From contig JAZIGN010000001.1 of NCBI GenBank assembly GCA_036679065.1, forward strand, positions 128,001 to 192,000: a stretch of 64,000 bases of DNA, in the 5' to 3' direction. Below, in pieces: positions 1 to 11,488 of the stretch. The notes under the pieces were generated by a model. It was not told where the DNA came from. It ran no database searches and was given only the letters and a program-made list of their open reading frames with translations. The stretch comes from Coprothermobacterota bacterium (GTDB taxonomy: Bacteria; Coprothermobacterota; Coprothermobacteria; Coprothermobacterales; Coprothermobacteraceae). Position numbers and translations under genes: made by a program. Every line of letters begins with the position of its first letter. The stretch's first letter is position 1.

Positions 1-201
1 GGCTTTGGTATTCAACCACCTGCCACGTCATGGGGACAAATACTAAACGTTGCGGTTAACTTCATAAACAGTCCACAGCAAATTGTGCGCTACTGGAACA
101 TGATATTTATCCCGGGTGCATTGCTGTTCTTCACTGTGCTTTCCTTTAACTTTGCAGGCGATGGTTTAAGGGACGCAGTGGACCCCAGAATGAAGCTGTG
201 A
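1..201 (+). CDS. oppC: Oligopeptide ABC transporter permease, C-terminal fragment (5' truncated by window)
   Basis: Frame 1 reads GFGIQPPATSWGQIL...FNFAGDGLRDAVDPRMKL*, the typical OppC/DppC C-terminus; TGA at 199-201. Confidence 0.9.
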   Translation, partial: GFGIQPPATSWGQILNVAVNFINSPQQIVRYWNMIFIPGALLFFTVLSFNFAGDGLRDAVDPRMKL

Positions 202-202
202 G

Positions 203-1231
203 GTGACATTGATGGAAAAGGGTAATATTTTAGAGATAAAGAATCTTCAGGTTACGTTTTACACTGAGGACGGCATCGTACGTGCTCTACAAGGGGTTTC
301 TTACGAAGTGCCTGATAACGAGACTTTGGGGGTTGTGGGTGAGTCTGGCTGTGGGAAATCTGTTACAGCACTGACTGTGATGCGTCTGCTTCCCAAGCCT
401 CAAGCTCGTGTAGAAGGTGGCGAAATCTGGTTCAAGGATAAGGAGACTGGACAAGAGATAAACATTCTCGAGCAGTCTGAGGAACACATGCGGCACATAC
501 GTGGTAACAAGATTTCTATGATCTTCCAGGAACCGATGACCGCGTTGAATCCAGTTTACACAGTGGGAGATCAGATCATGGAAGCTATTATGGTACACAA
601 CCCAGATATAAGCAAGAAAGAGGCTCGAGAACGCGCCATTGAAATGCTCAAAGTGGTTGGTATACCAGCTCCTGAAAAGAGGGTGGATGACTATCCACAC
701 CAAATGTCGGGTGGTATGAGGCAGAGGGTCATGATAGCCATGGCTCTTTCCACTAATCCTGAAATACTCATTGCAGACGAGCCAACAACAGCACTAGACG
801 TTACCATCCAAGCTCAGATTTTGGACCTAATGAACAGACTGCAGGAGCAGTTTGGCATGAGCATTATTTTAATTACCCACAACCTGGGTGTGGTAGCTCA
901 GAATGCCGATAGAATTGCTGTGATGTACTTGGGCCGCATAGTGGAAAAGGCAGCAGTTAGAGATATTTTCCACAATCCGAAACATCCTTACACTGAAGGA
1001 TTGTTGGCTTCGGTTCCTCGTTTGGATAAGGGTGGACTAAAGGAACATCTGCCAGGCATTACGGGTAACCTTCCTTCACCTTATAACCCGCCACCTGGAT
1101 GTAAGTTCCATCCCAGATGCCCCTATGCGTTTGATAGATGCAGAGTTGAGGAACCACCTGAAGTGGAAGTGAGCCCCGGGCACATCGTTTGCTGCTGGCT
1201 CCACACGAAGGAGGAGACAAAACATGAGTAA
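203..1231 (+). CDS. oppD: Oligopeptide/dipeptide ABC transporter ATP-binding protein
   Basis: GESGCGKS Walker A, MSGGMRQR signature, ADEPTT Walker B, C-terminal GCKFHPRC Cys domain. Confidence 0.95.
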   Translation: MTLMEKGNILEIKNLQVTFYTEDGIVRALQGVSYEVPDNETLGVVGESGCGKSVTALTVMRLLPKPQARVEGGEIWFKDKETGQEINILEQSEEHMRHIRGNKISMIFQEPMTALNPVYTVGDQIMEAIMVHNPDISKKEARERAIEMLKVVGIPAPEKRVDDYPHQMSGGMRQRVMIAMALSTNPEILIADEPTTALDVTIQAQILDLMNRLQEQFGMSIILITHNLGVVAQNADRIAVMYLGRIVEKAAVRDIFHNPKHPYTEGLLASVPRLDKGGLKEHLPGITGNLPSPYNPPPGCKFHPRCPYAFDRCRVEEPPEVEVSPGHIVCCWLHTKEETKHE

Positions 1232-2195
1232 TAATGACATCCTACTTGAAGTTCATGACCTGGTTAAGTGGTTCCCCATAAGGAGAGGACTGTTCGGTAG
1301 TGTTCAGGGATACGTTAAAGCTGTGGACGGAGTGAGTTTTAATATTAGGGCACACGAAACGTTGGGTTTGGTAGGAGAAACAGGAAGTGGAAAAACGACC
1401 ATTGGACGCCTTGTATTAAGGCTTATACCTCTGACCCGAGGGAAGGTCATTTTTAATGGCGTTGACATAACGGCTTTGGATTACAGGTCGTTTAGGCCCA
1501 TGAAGAAAGACATGCAAATTATTTTCCAAGACCCTTACTCTTCTTTGAACCCGAGGATGACTATTGGAGAAATCATAGCAGAACCTCTCATCGTACACAC
1601 GAATATGACAGCTCAGGAGCGAGAGAAGAGGGTCTACGAACTCCTTGAGCTTGTTACACTGAGGCCTGAACATGCCAGAAGATATCCTCACGAGTTTAGT
1701 GGCGGACAGCGTCAGCGCATTGGTATTGCTCGCGCGCTGGCATTGAACCCGAAGTTCATTGTTGCTGATGAGCCCATAAGTGCTCTGGACGTTTCCATTC
1801 AAGCACAAATTACAAACTTGTTGATTGATTTGCAGAAAGAACTAGGGCTTTCCTTCTTGTTTATTGCTCATGACTTATCTGTAATCAAGCACATGTGCGA
1901 CTCAGTGCTTGTTCTTTACTTGGGTAAAGTGATGGAATACGGTAGTAATGCAGACGTTTTCCAGCATTCGCGTCATCCATACACTCAGGCTTTGCTATCT
2001 GCGGTTCCTGTTCCCGATCCTGATTACAAACGAGAGCGTATCCTATTGCAGGGAGAAATTCCTTCTCCAATTGATCCACCACCAGGGTGCGTGTTCCACA
2101 CCCGTTGTCCCTATGCAACGGAAAAGTGCAGAACCGATAAGCCCGAGCTACGCGAGGTCGAGCCCGGGCATATGGTCGCCTGCCACTATGCCTAA
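1224..2195 (+). CDS. oppF: Oligopeptide/dipeptide ABC transporter ATP-binding protein
   Basis: GETGSGKT, FSGGQRQR, ADEPISALD, GCVFHTRC; overlaps oppD end. Confidence 0.95.
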   Translation: MSNNDILLEVHDLVKWFPIRRGLFGSVQGYVKAVDGVSFNIRAHETLGLVGETGSGKTTIGRLVLRLIPLTRGKVIFNGVDITALDYRSFRPMKKDMQIIFQDPYSSLNPRMTIGEIIAEPLIVHTNMTAQEREKRVYELLELVTLRPEHARRYPHEFSGGQRQRIGIARALALNPKFIVADEPISALDVSIQAQITNLLIDLQKELGLSFLFIAHDLSVIKHMCDSVLVLYLGKVMEYGSNADVFQHSRHPYTQALLSAVPVPDPDYKRERILLQGEIPSPIDPPPGCVFHTRCPYATEKCRTDKPELREVEPGHMVACHYA

Positions 2196-2213
2196 CTGAT
2201 AAGGAGTTTTAAG

Positions 2214-2260
2214 AGGCACGTTCCTAAACGCTGAAAAATGGGGACGTGCCTTTTTTGTTT
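2214..2260 (+). terminator. Rho-independent terminator of opp operon
   Basis: AGGCACGTTCC (2214-2224) pairs with GGGACGTGCCT (2241-2251), followed by a T-rich tract. Confidence 0.75.
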
Positions 2261-2363
2261 TGGTACGGAGTGTTATTTCATTGGCTTGCGTAGTTACATA
2301 TATATATGGTCATGAAGAAAGGCAAGGGGTTAAAATGCAAAGTAAGGGGAGTGATTCGATACT

Positions 2364-2888
2364 GTGATAGTGAACTTCATTGATTATTCCACGGCTTTAT
2401 GGCCTGCCTTCGGCTGCACAGGGATCGTGCTTAACAATGATTTTCCATGGTGCAGACAGCTAACGTTTGGGCACGAAGTATTAAGTTTGCGGCGTGCAAT
2501 GAACTTTATTAGAAAGAATGTTGATGCTGTGGGTGGCATAGTGCTGGTGGGGCAGGGAGAAGAGGTTGAGCCGCTAACTTCCTTGGCTCGCGACCTTGTA
2601 AAGCCTATCCGCTGGGTTCTAGATAGCACTTCTCCATGTTCAGAAATGGCTCTCGGTTTTAACAATATTCTATTGATGTTCTCTGGAGAGTTGAATCCCG
2701 AATGGGAGCCCTTTAGTGGCAGGATAACCTTGGGCGTCTGGAAAAGAGAGCATTTGGAAAAGGGGTTGGAAATTGCTTCTCAGCTTCAGCTACCGGTGGA
2801 AACACCATTTGGAGTAAAAGGGACTAACTACCCCCGTGTGACTACGTTTCAGTGGTTGTGGGGTTCACTTAGCTGTGAGAAATACTGA
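2364..2888 (+). CDS. Hypothetical protein, resembles a degenerate NrdG/PflA-type radical SAM activase lacking CxxxCxxC
   Basis: 174 aa with GGGGAG RBS upstream; STALWP...FPWC...FIRKNVDAVGGIVLVG...WVLDSTSP follows by eye the NrdG pattern S.VDWP...CNFRCPFC...FL.K....VDGVVITGGEP...VKLDTNGS.P. Confidence 0.55.
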   Translation: MIVNFIDYSTALWPAFGCTGIVLNNDFPWCRQLTFGHEVLSLRRAMNFIRKNVDAVGGIVLVGQGEEVEPLTSLARDLVKPIRWVLDSTSPCSEMALGFNNILLMFSGELNPEWEPFSGRITLGVWKREHLEKGLEIASQLQLPVETPFGVKGTNYPRVTTFQWLWGSLSCEKY

Positions 2889-3724
2889 TCAGCAAGGTAA
2901 GACGATCTTACCATGGGGCCAGACACTACGGCTGGTATACCAAGGGATTGACCTATTTCTGAAAGCTGTTTAAACTCTTCTGGGGTATAGTACTTATGTA
3001 CGGGCCAATGCTTCTTTGATGGCTGCAAATATTGACCAATAGTGACAATATCTACACCAGTGTTAAGTAGTTCTTCGAGCATATTCACTATGTCTTCCAT
3101 GGATTCGCCCACACCAACCATGAAACCTGTTTTTGTTAGAAAGCCTTTACTTTTGAAGTATTTGAGCATGCTCAGTGAAACATCAAGATCTCCAGCGGGT
3201 CTGAGTTTCGGGAACAAAGGTCTTACCACTTCAACGTTATGAGCAAAGACATCTAACTGAGGTGTTATGAACGCCTTCCAATACTCTTCATTTTTCTTGA
3301 AGTCAGGCACCAGCGCTTCTACTTTCGTATTTGGGTTAACCTTTTTAACCTCTTCAACCACTTGGCGGAAAAAGGCGCTCCCACCGTCCTCTAAATCGTC
3401 TCTGGTTACACTGGTCAGCACAACGTATTTTAACCTGAGCCTTTTCACTGCTTCTGCGACACGCTGCGGTTCAGTTTCGTCTACTGGCATTGGCTTACCT
3501 GACTGTACATTGCAGTACAGACAGTGTCTTGTGCAAATACTTCCCATGATTAGGAAGGTAGCCGTTCCATGGTTGAAACAAGTGCCAATATTGGGGCAGC
3601 GACCTTCCACACAGATAGTATTTAGGCTCAATCCTTCAAGAGCCTGGCGCACACCTTTTGCGGTTTCACTGTCCTTTAGATTAGTTTTTATCCAAGCTGG
3701 TTTTCTTATCTGTTCATAGTCCAT
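2849..3724 (-). CDS. lipA: Lipoyl synthase
   Basis: CVEGRCPNIGTC auxiliary cluster motif, CTRHCLYC radical SAM motif, GQYLQPS, C-terminal RSSY. Confidence 0.97.
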   Translation of the reverse strand: MDYEQIRKPAWIKTNLKDSETAKGVRQALEGLSLNTICVEGRCPNIGTCFNHGTATFLIMGSICTRHCLYCNVQSGKPMPVDETEPQRVAEAVKRLRLKYVVLTSVTRDDLEDGGSAFFRQVVEEVKKVNPNTKVEALVPDFKKNEEYWKAFITPQLDVFAHNVEVVRPLFPKLRPAGDLDVSLSMLKYFKSKGFLTKTGFMVGVGESMEDIVNMLEELLNTGVDIVTIGQYLQPSKKHWPVHKYYTPEEFKQLSEIGQSLGIPAVVSGPMVRSSYLADQYFSQLSEPHNH

Positions 3725-3776
3725 AAAGTCATTCTACCACTTGACTATGGTCATATTGAAGCTGTATAGTTAAACG
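3725..3776. promoter_or_regulatory. Divergent overlapping sigma70-type promoters for lipA and comF, both apparently leaderless
   Basis: + strand: TTGACT 3741-3746, TATAGT 3765-3770, ATG 6 nt later. - strand: TG-G-TAGAAT (3739-3731), ATG 6 nt later. No SD for either gene. Confidence 0.65.
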
Positions 3777-4358
3777 ATGTTTCCTGTGTTTTCATGGTAT
3801 GCTGACTATGTCGATGAAGTCAGTAAGCCCTGGGTGATCCCTGACCCAGATCCACGGGAGGTCACTTTTGGTAAATACACCGTTCATTATGCGTACTCTT
3901 ATTACGGCCAAGTAAAATCTTTGGTGAAGCAGTGGAAGTTTCAGGGTGATCATGCTTTGGGTTTTAGGCTCGGCGAACTCATGGGGATTACCTACAATCA
4001 TCTACTCCGCGGCAAGGTAGTCTCCTACGTTCCCCGTTACGGAGAAAGCTATCCCTATTTTGGCAATCACCTGTTTTCTTTTTTGGCAGGCCTTCAGAAG
4101 ACTGGGAACTGCGCTGTAGTACCTGCTTACGTAAAAACACGGGCAACCATGCCTCAAAAGACGCTGTCGCGGTCAGCCCGTATGGTAAACTTGCATGACG
4201 CATTTGTACCCAAAGGGACATGCGCTGACATAGTGGTGGATGATGTGTTGACTACGGGGGCTACAAGTCGGGTTTTGTATAAGTGCTCGCCTTTTAAAGT
4301 ATGGCTGGTGCTGGCTCGAGTGGAGCTGGATTTGTCTTCAGATTTTCGTAAGGCATGA
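3777..4358 (+). CDS. comF: ComF/ComFC family phosphoribosyltransferase-like competence protein
   Basis: LVKQWKFQG, QKTLSRSARMVNLHDAF, VVDDVLTTGAT PRPP-binding loop. Confidence 0.8.
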   Translation: MFPVFSWYADYVDEVSKPWVIPDPDPREVTFGKYTVHYAYSYYGQVKSLVKQWKFQGDHALGFRLGELMGITYNHLLRGKVVSYVPRYGESYPYFGNHLFSFLAGLQKTGNCAVVPAYVKTRATMPQKTLSRSARMVNLHDAFVPKGTCADIVVDDVLTTGATSRVLYKCSPFKVWLVLARVELDLSSDFRKA

Positions 4359-4364
4359 TATACT
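4356..4364 (+). promoter_or_regulatory. Extended -10 promoter element for tRNA-Ser, overlapping comF stop codon
   Basis: TGaTATACT; the TGA is the comF stop; tRNA begins 15 nt downstream. Confidence 0.55.
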
Positions 4365-4378
4365 TAGTTAGGAAAAGC

Positions 4379-4472
<94 letters not shown>

Positions 4473-4649
4473 TTTTGTTTTCTATGCAAACTCTTGAAGT
4501 TCCCACTTCTTCACCAAGGCTACGTACTGTGGAGTATTCTAGTATAGGATGGCGTTGTACTTTGGTGCCGTAAGCACTCATAGATCAGCCATGTTGTATA
4601 ATTCATGAGTAGGTCATGTGAATGATCGTGGTGTTTTATCATCACGATC

Positions 4650-4679
4650 TTGACAAGGCTCATACCGCTGGGCTAAAAT
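4650..4679 (+). promoter_or_regulatory. Sigma70-type promoter of Val-Gly-Thr tRNA cluster
   Basis: TTGACA 4650-4655, 18 nt spacer, TAAAAT 4674-4679; tRNA starts at 4693. Confidence 0.75.
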
Positions 4680-4692
4680 AGTAGAGGCTAAC

Positions 4693-4767
4693 GGGCGGTT
4701 AGCTCAGTGGTAGAGCGCTTGTTTCACACACAAGAGGTCAGAGGTTCGAATCCTCTACCGCCCACCA
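4693..4767 (+). tRNA. tRNA-Val(CAC)
   Basis: GGGCGGT/ACCGCCC acceptor, CTTGT-TTCACAC-ACAAG anticodon arm, T-loop, CCA. Confidence 0.97.
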
Positions 4768-4774
4768 AGAAAGT

Positions 4775-4849
4775 GCGGGAGTAGCTCAGTGGTAGAGCAT
4801 CTGCTTGCCATGCAGAGGGTCGCGGGTTCGAATCCCGTCTCCCGCTCCA
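4775..4849 (+). tRNA. tRNA-Gly(GCC)
   Basis: GCGGGAG/CTCCCGC acceptor, TCTGC-TTGCCAT-GCAGA anticodon arm, U73, CCA. Confidence 0.97.
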
Positions 4850-4883
4850 TTGTTTTTGTTCCCCAGTTGCACAGGGTGGATAG

Positions 4884-4958
4884 GCCGGCGTAGCTCAACG
4901 GCAGAGCAGCTGATTCGTAATCAGCAGGTTCCCAGTTCAAGTCTGGGCGCCGGCTCCA
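4884..4958 (+). tRNA. tRNA-Thr(CGT)
   Basis: GCCGGCG/CGCCGGC acceptor, GCTGA-TTCGTAA-TCAGC anticodon arm, CCCAG-TTCAAGT-CTGGG T arm, U73, CCA. Confidence 0.96.
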
Positions 4959-5023
4959 TTTTCTTCTTTTTAACAGAAAAGCTTTTAAGGATGTGCAGGT
5001 TTTCCTCATTTTTCAAAGCTCGA

Positions 5024-5047
5024 TTCATGAGTATGTTCATGAGTATG
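5024..5047 (+). repeat. 12-bp perfect tandem repeat TTCATGAGTATG x2 upstream of argS
   Basis: Copies at 5024-5035 and 5036-5047. Confidence 0.8.
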
Positions 5048-5113
5048 TGTTTTTCTTTTGCGTTTGCCTTTTTGTATATAATTGATTTGTTGTGGTAGGA
5101 GTGTGATGCTTAC

Positions 5114-8313
<3,200 letters not shown>

Positions 8314-8321
8314 AACAGCTG

Positions 8322-8396
8322 CGGGGCGTAGCGCAGTGGTAGCGCACTCGTTTGGGGTGCGAGTGGTCGGCGGTTCGAGTCCGCCCGCCCCGACCA
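8322..8396 (+). tRNA. tRNA-Pro(GGG)
   Basis: CGGGGCG/CGCCCCG acceptor, CTCGT-TTGGGGT-GCGAG anticodon arm, A73, CCA. Confidence 0.96.
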
Positions 8397-8421
8397 TTTG
8401 TTTTTTGGAGGTGGCTTCACC

Positions 8422-9663
8422 TTGAATCCGGACGAAATTCTCCAGAAATATCACGATCACATAAATCCTGGGTTAGCTGACTTATTGCAGCTGGGTGGTT
8501 TAGCTGCTGTGGATGACAAAGCTGAGGGTGCCTATGTTTGGGATGCTGACGGAAATAAGTACTTAGATGCGGTAGGTGGATACGGTGTTTTTGGTTTAGG
8601 GCATAGACCCCCCAAAGTCATCGAAAAAGTCAAAGAAACACTAGATAAAATGCCACTGGCTTCGAATATATTCATTAACAGCTGCGAAGCTGAGCTTGGG
8701 GAAAAGCTTTCTGAGGCAACAGGCTACCAGTACTTTATGTTTCTTAATTCGGGTTCTGAGGCTGTCGAGACAGCCTTGAAACTGGCTAGGTTGACGACGG
8801 GTAAAACAAACTTTATTGGGATGACTAATGCTTACCACGGTGTAACGTTCGGTGCCCTTTCTGTTTCTGGAAGAGATGTTTACAAAGAACCTTTTAAACC
8901 TTTGCTTCCCGGAGTAAAAATCGTTCCTTTTGGCGATGCAGAGGCTTTAGCAAATGCTTTGGACGATACAGTGGCTGCTGTTATCGTTGAACCGATACAG
9001 GGTGAAGGTGGGGTGAATGTGCCTCCACCTGGTTACCTTAAGAAGGTAAGGCAACTCTGTGACGAGGCAGGCTGCTTCCTTATCTTAGATGAGATTCAAA
9101 CAGGCATGGGTAGAACAGGTAAGTTGTTGGCTGAAGAATGGGAAGATGTAAAGGCTGATATTGTCTGCTTAGGTAAGGCATTGGGTGGTGGAGTTGTGCC
9201 CATTGGTGCAGTAGGCGCTACGGAGACAGCATGGCAGGGCTTTATTGACAATCCGCTCATTCATGAGAGCACTTTTGGGGGAAATCCTCTTGCTACCAGT
9301 GCGGGCATAGCAGCCGTGGATGAAATAGTTGGTAAACAAATTTGGAATAACGCGCATAGCACGGGAGATAAGTTGCTTTCCGCTCTACGGAGCGAAGCTG
9401 AGAAATACCCGCATCTTATAAAGGAAGTACGTGGACGTGGACTACTCATCGGTGTGGAAATGATGGAGGAAGGTTACGGACTGCCCATGATGGGTTTTAT
9501 GCTGGAAGAAAAGACTTTGGTAGCTTACACCTTGAATAATCCAAGGGTTATTCGCATAGAGCCACCTCTTATCATTGGTGACGAAGAAATTCAGTGGCTT
9601 GTGAATGCTTTTCAGAAAGCTTTGGCCAAACTCGACAAACTGGCCAAGGATTTGGAGGTGTAA
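8422..9663 (+). CDS. Class III PLP aminotransferase, putrescine aminotransferase (PatA)/acetylornithine aminotransferase-like
   Basis: NSGSEAVE, YHG, EPIQGEGG, DEIQTGMGRTG, GKALGGG, STFGGNP; GGAGGT RBS before TTG 8422. Confidence 0.88.
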   Translation: MNPDEILQKYHDHINPGLADLLQLGGLAAVDDKAEGAYVWDADGNKYLDAVGGYGVFGLGHRPPKVIEKVKETLDKMPLASNIFINSCEAELGEKLSEATGYQYFMFLNSGSEAVETALKLARLTTGKTNFIGMTNAYHGVTFGALSVSGRDVYKEPFKPLLPGVKIVPFGDAEALANALDDTVAAVIVEPIQGEGGVNVPPPGYLKKVRQLCDEAGCFLILDEIQTGMGRTGKLLAEEWEDVKADIVCLGKALGGGVVPIGAVGATETAWQGFIDNPLIHESTFGGNPLATSAGIAAVDEIVGKQIWNNAHSTGDKLLSALRSEAEKYPHLIKEVRGRGLLIGVEMMEEGYGLPMMGFMLEEKTLVAYTLNNPRVIRIEPPLIIGDEEIQWLVNAFQKALAKLDKLAKDLEV

Positions 9664-9669
9664 ATAGAC

Positions 9670-10107
9670 ATGTTAGTGGAGGAAGAGATAATCATAAATG
9701 CTCCTGCTGACAAGGTTTACCAGATTGTGAAGGATATGGGACGCTATCCTGAATTCATACCTTCTCTAAAAGAAGTAACAGTTTTGGAAAATGGACCAGG
9801 TTATACGGTGACTAAATGGGTATCAAAAGTGCAGTCATTTACGCTGCAATGGACTGAACGTGACACGTTTTTCGACGAAGAGAGAAGAGTGGAATACAAA
9901 TTAGTGGAAGGAGCCATGAAAAAGTTTGAAGGGAAATGGATTGTAGAACCTCAAACGGATGGTACGACTAAAGTGCATCTGGATGTGGATTTTGAGCTCG
10001 CTATGCCAGCCTTGAGAGATTTCTTAGGACCCATGGCAAAGAAGATTATGCGAGATTCTTTGAAGTCCTTATTGCAAGGGATAAAAGCAGAAAGCGAAAG
10101 AGTGTGA
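9670..10107 (+). CDS. SRPBCC/START-domain (polyketide cyclase/Coq10/RatA-like) protein
   Basis: INAPADKVYQIVKDMGRYPEFIP, EGAMKKFEGKW and C-terminal helix typical of SRPBCC; GGAGGT RBS. Confidence 0.88.
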   Translation: MLVEEEIIINAPADKVYQIVKDMGRYPEFIPSLKEVTVLENGPGYTVTKWVSKVQSFTLQWTERDTFFDEERRVEYKLVEGAMKKFEGKWIVEPQTDGTTKVHLDVDFELAMPALRDFLGPMAKKIMRDSLKSLLQGIKAESERV

Positions 10108-10108
10108 A

Positions 10109-11488
10109 ATGAGCAAGGTAGTAATCATTGGGGCTGGCCCTGCTGGTATTTTTTGTGGACTTCGCCTTTCGGAAGTACTTAGCGGTGAAGACATAACTAT
10201 TATTGAAAAGGGTAAACCCATTGATAAACGTCACTGCCCACTACTTCTTAACGGCAAGTGCGTAAGCTGTGAGCCATGTTCCATGATAAGTGGTTGGGGC
10301 GGTGCAGGTGCTTACAGTGATGGGAAGCTGAATATTACAGGCGAAATTGGCGGTTTCCTTAATGAAATTTTGGGAGAACGACGTTTTGGAAGCTTTGTTC
10401 CAGAAGTACTTAAGTACTTTTACGACCATGGTGCTCCAAAAGATCTTGATAATGTGGCTGAGAGGCCTGAGGTAGATGATTGGCGTAAAAGAGCTCGCCT
10501 TCTGGGAATGAAGCTTATCACTTTCCCAATTATTCATTTGGGTACCGATAAGACTAAAGAAGTACTTGCAAACATGTATGACACTCTGCGGAACCGGGGC
10601 GTGAATATTATCTTTGACACTGAAGTGGAAGACATACTCACCGAAGACAAAAAGGTTGTCGGTGTGAGAACCAGTAGCGGCGACTTTCTTAAAGCTGATT
10701 ACGTGGTGGTAGCTGTTGGAAGGAGCGGAGCTGATGATTTGACACGCTGGGTGAATGGATTGGGCCTGCATTTCGGCACTAACCCAGTGGACTTGGGAGT
10801 ACGGGTGGAGGTTCCTGCCGAGGTGCTTTTGCCCATGACAGACGTACTTTATGAGGTGAAACTGGAATACTACTCCAAGGCTTTTGAAGATAAAGTAAGG
10901 ACGTTTTGCATGAATCCGGGTGGTGAAGTGGTTAAGGAACATCTGGATGACGTCATTACTGTTAATGGGCATTCCTATAAAGAGAAGTTCCTACCAAATA
11001 CGAATTTCGCTGTATTGGTCAGCACCTATTTCACAGAGCCTTTCAAAGATCCAGTTGCTTACGGAAAACACGTGGCGAAGCTGGCTAACTTACTAAGTGA
11101 CGGCATCATCGTGCAGCGTTTTGGCGACCTAGTAAATGGTCATCGCTCCACACCTGAACGTATTAAACGTAGTATTGTTAAACCGTCACTGGAGGATTCT
11201 ATTCCTGGTGATCTAAACGCTGTACTTCCCAGAAGACACTTAGAAAGCATCATCGAGTTCTTACAGGTTCTCGACCAGTTTGCTCCAGGTGTTGGTAGCC
11301 GAGATACGCTGTTATATGGTGTGGAAGTAAAGTTTTACTCCATGAGGCCTGAGATTTCCAACGTGCTAGAATCAGAGATTTCTAACCTTTTCATGGCAGG
11401 TGACGGCGCGGGAATAACCAGAGGATTATTCCAAGCTGCCATGGCAGGCCTAGTAGTTGCTGATACGATAAAGGAGAGATGCATGTGA
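10109..11488 (+). CDS. Uncharacterised NAD(P)/FAD-dependent oxidoreductase with N-terminal Cys cluster
   Basis: IGAGPAG Rossmann motif, CP..CVSCEPC, GGAGAYSDGK, RTFCMNPGG, GDGAGITRG. Confidence 0.85.
   Translation: MSKVVIIGAGPAGIFCGLRLSEVLSGEDITIIEKGKPIDKRHCPLLLNGKCVSCEPCSMISGWGGAGAYSDGKLNITGEIGGFLNEILGERRFGSFVPEVLKYFYDHGAPKDLDNVAERPEVDDWRKRARLLGMKLITFPIIHLGTDKTKEVLANMYDTLRNRGVNIIFDTEVEDILTEDKKVVGVRTSSGDFLKADYVVVAVGRSGADDLTRWVNGLGLHFGTNPVDLGVRVEVPAEVLLPMTDVLYEVKLEYYSKAFEDKVRTFCMNPGGEVVKEHLDDVITVNGHSYKEKFLPNTNFAVLVSTYFTEPFKDPVAYGKHVAKLANLLSDGIIVQRFGDLVNGHRSTPERIKRSIVKPSLEDSIPGDLNAVLPRRHLESIIEFLQVLDQFAPGVGSRDTLLYGVEVKFYSMRPEISNVLESEISNLFMAGDGAGITRGLFQAAMAGLVVADTIKERCM

Noticed and set aside
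4484..4573. 29-codon ORF between tRNA-Ser and tRNA-Val
   Set aside because: No RBS or recognisable motif
10241..10972. Long antisense ORFs (243 aa here; also 40943-41542 and 47814-48398)
   Set aside because: They lie fully opposite well-conserved genes and show no motifs
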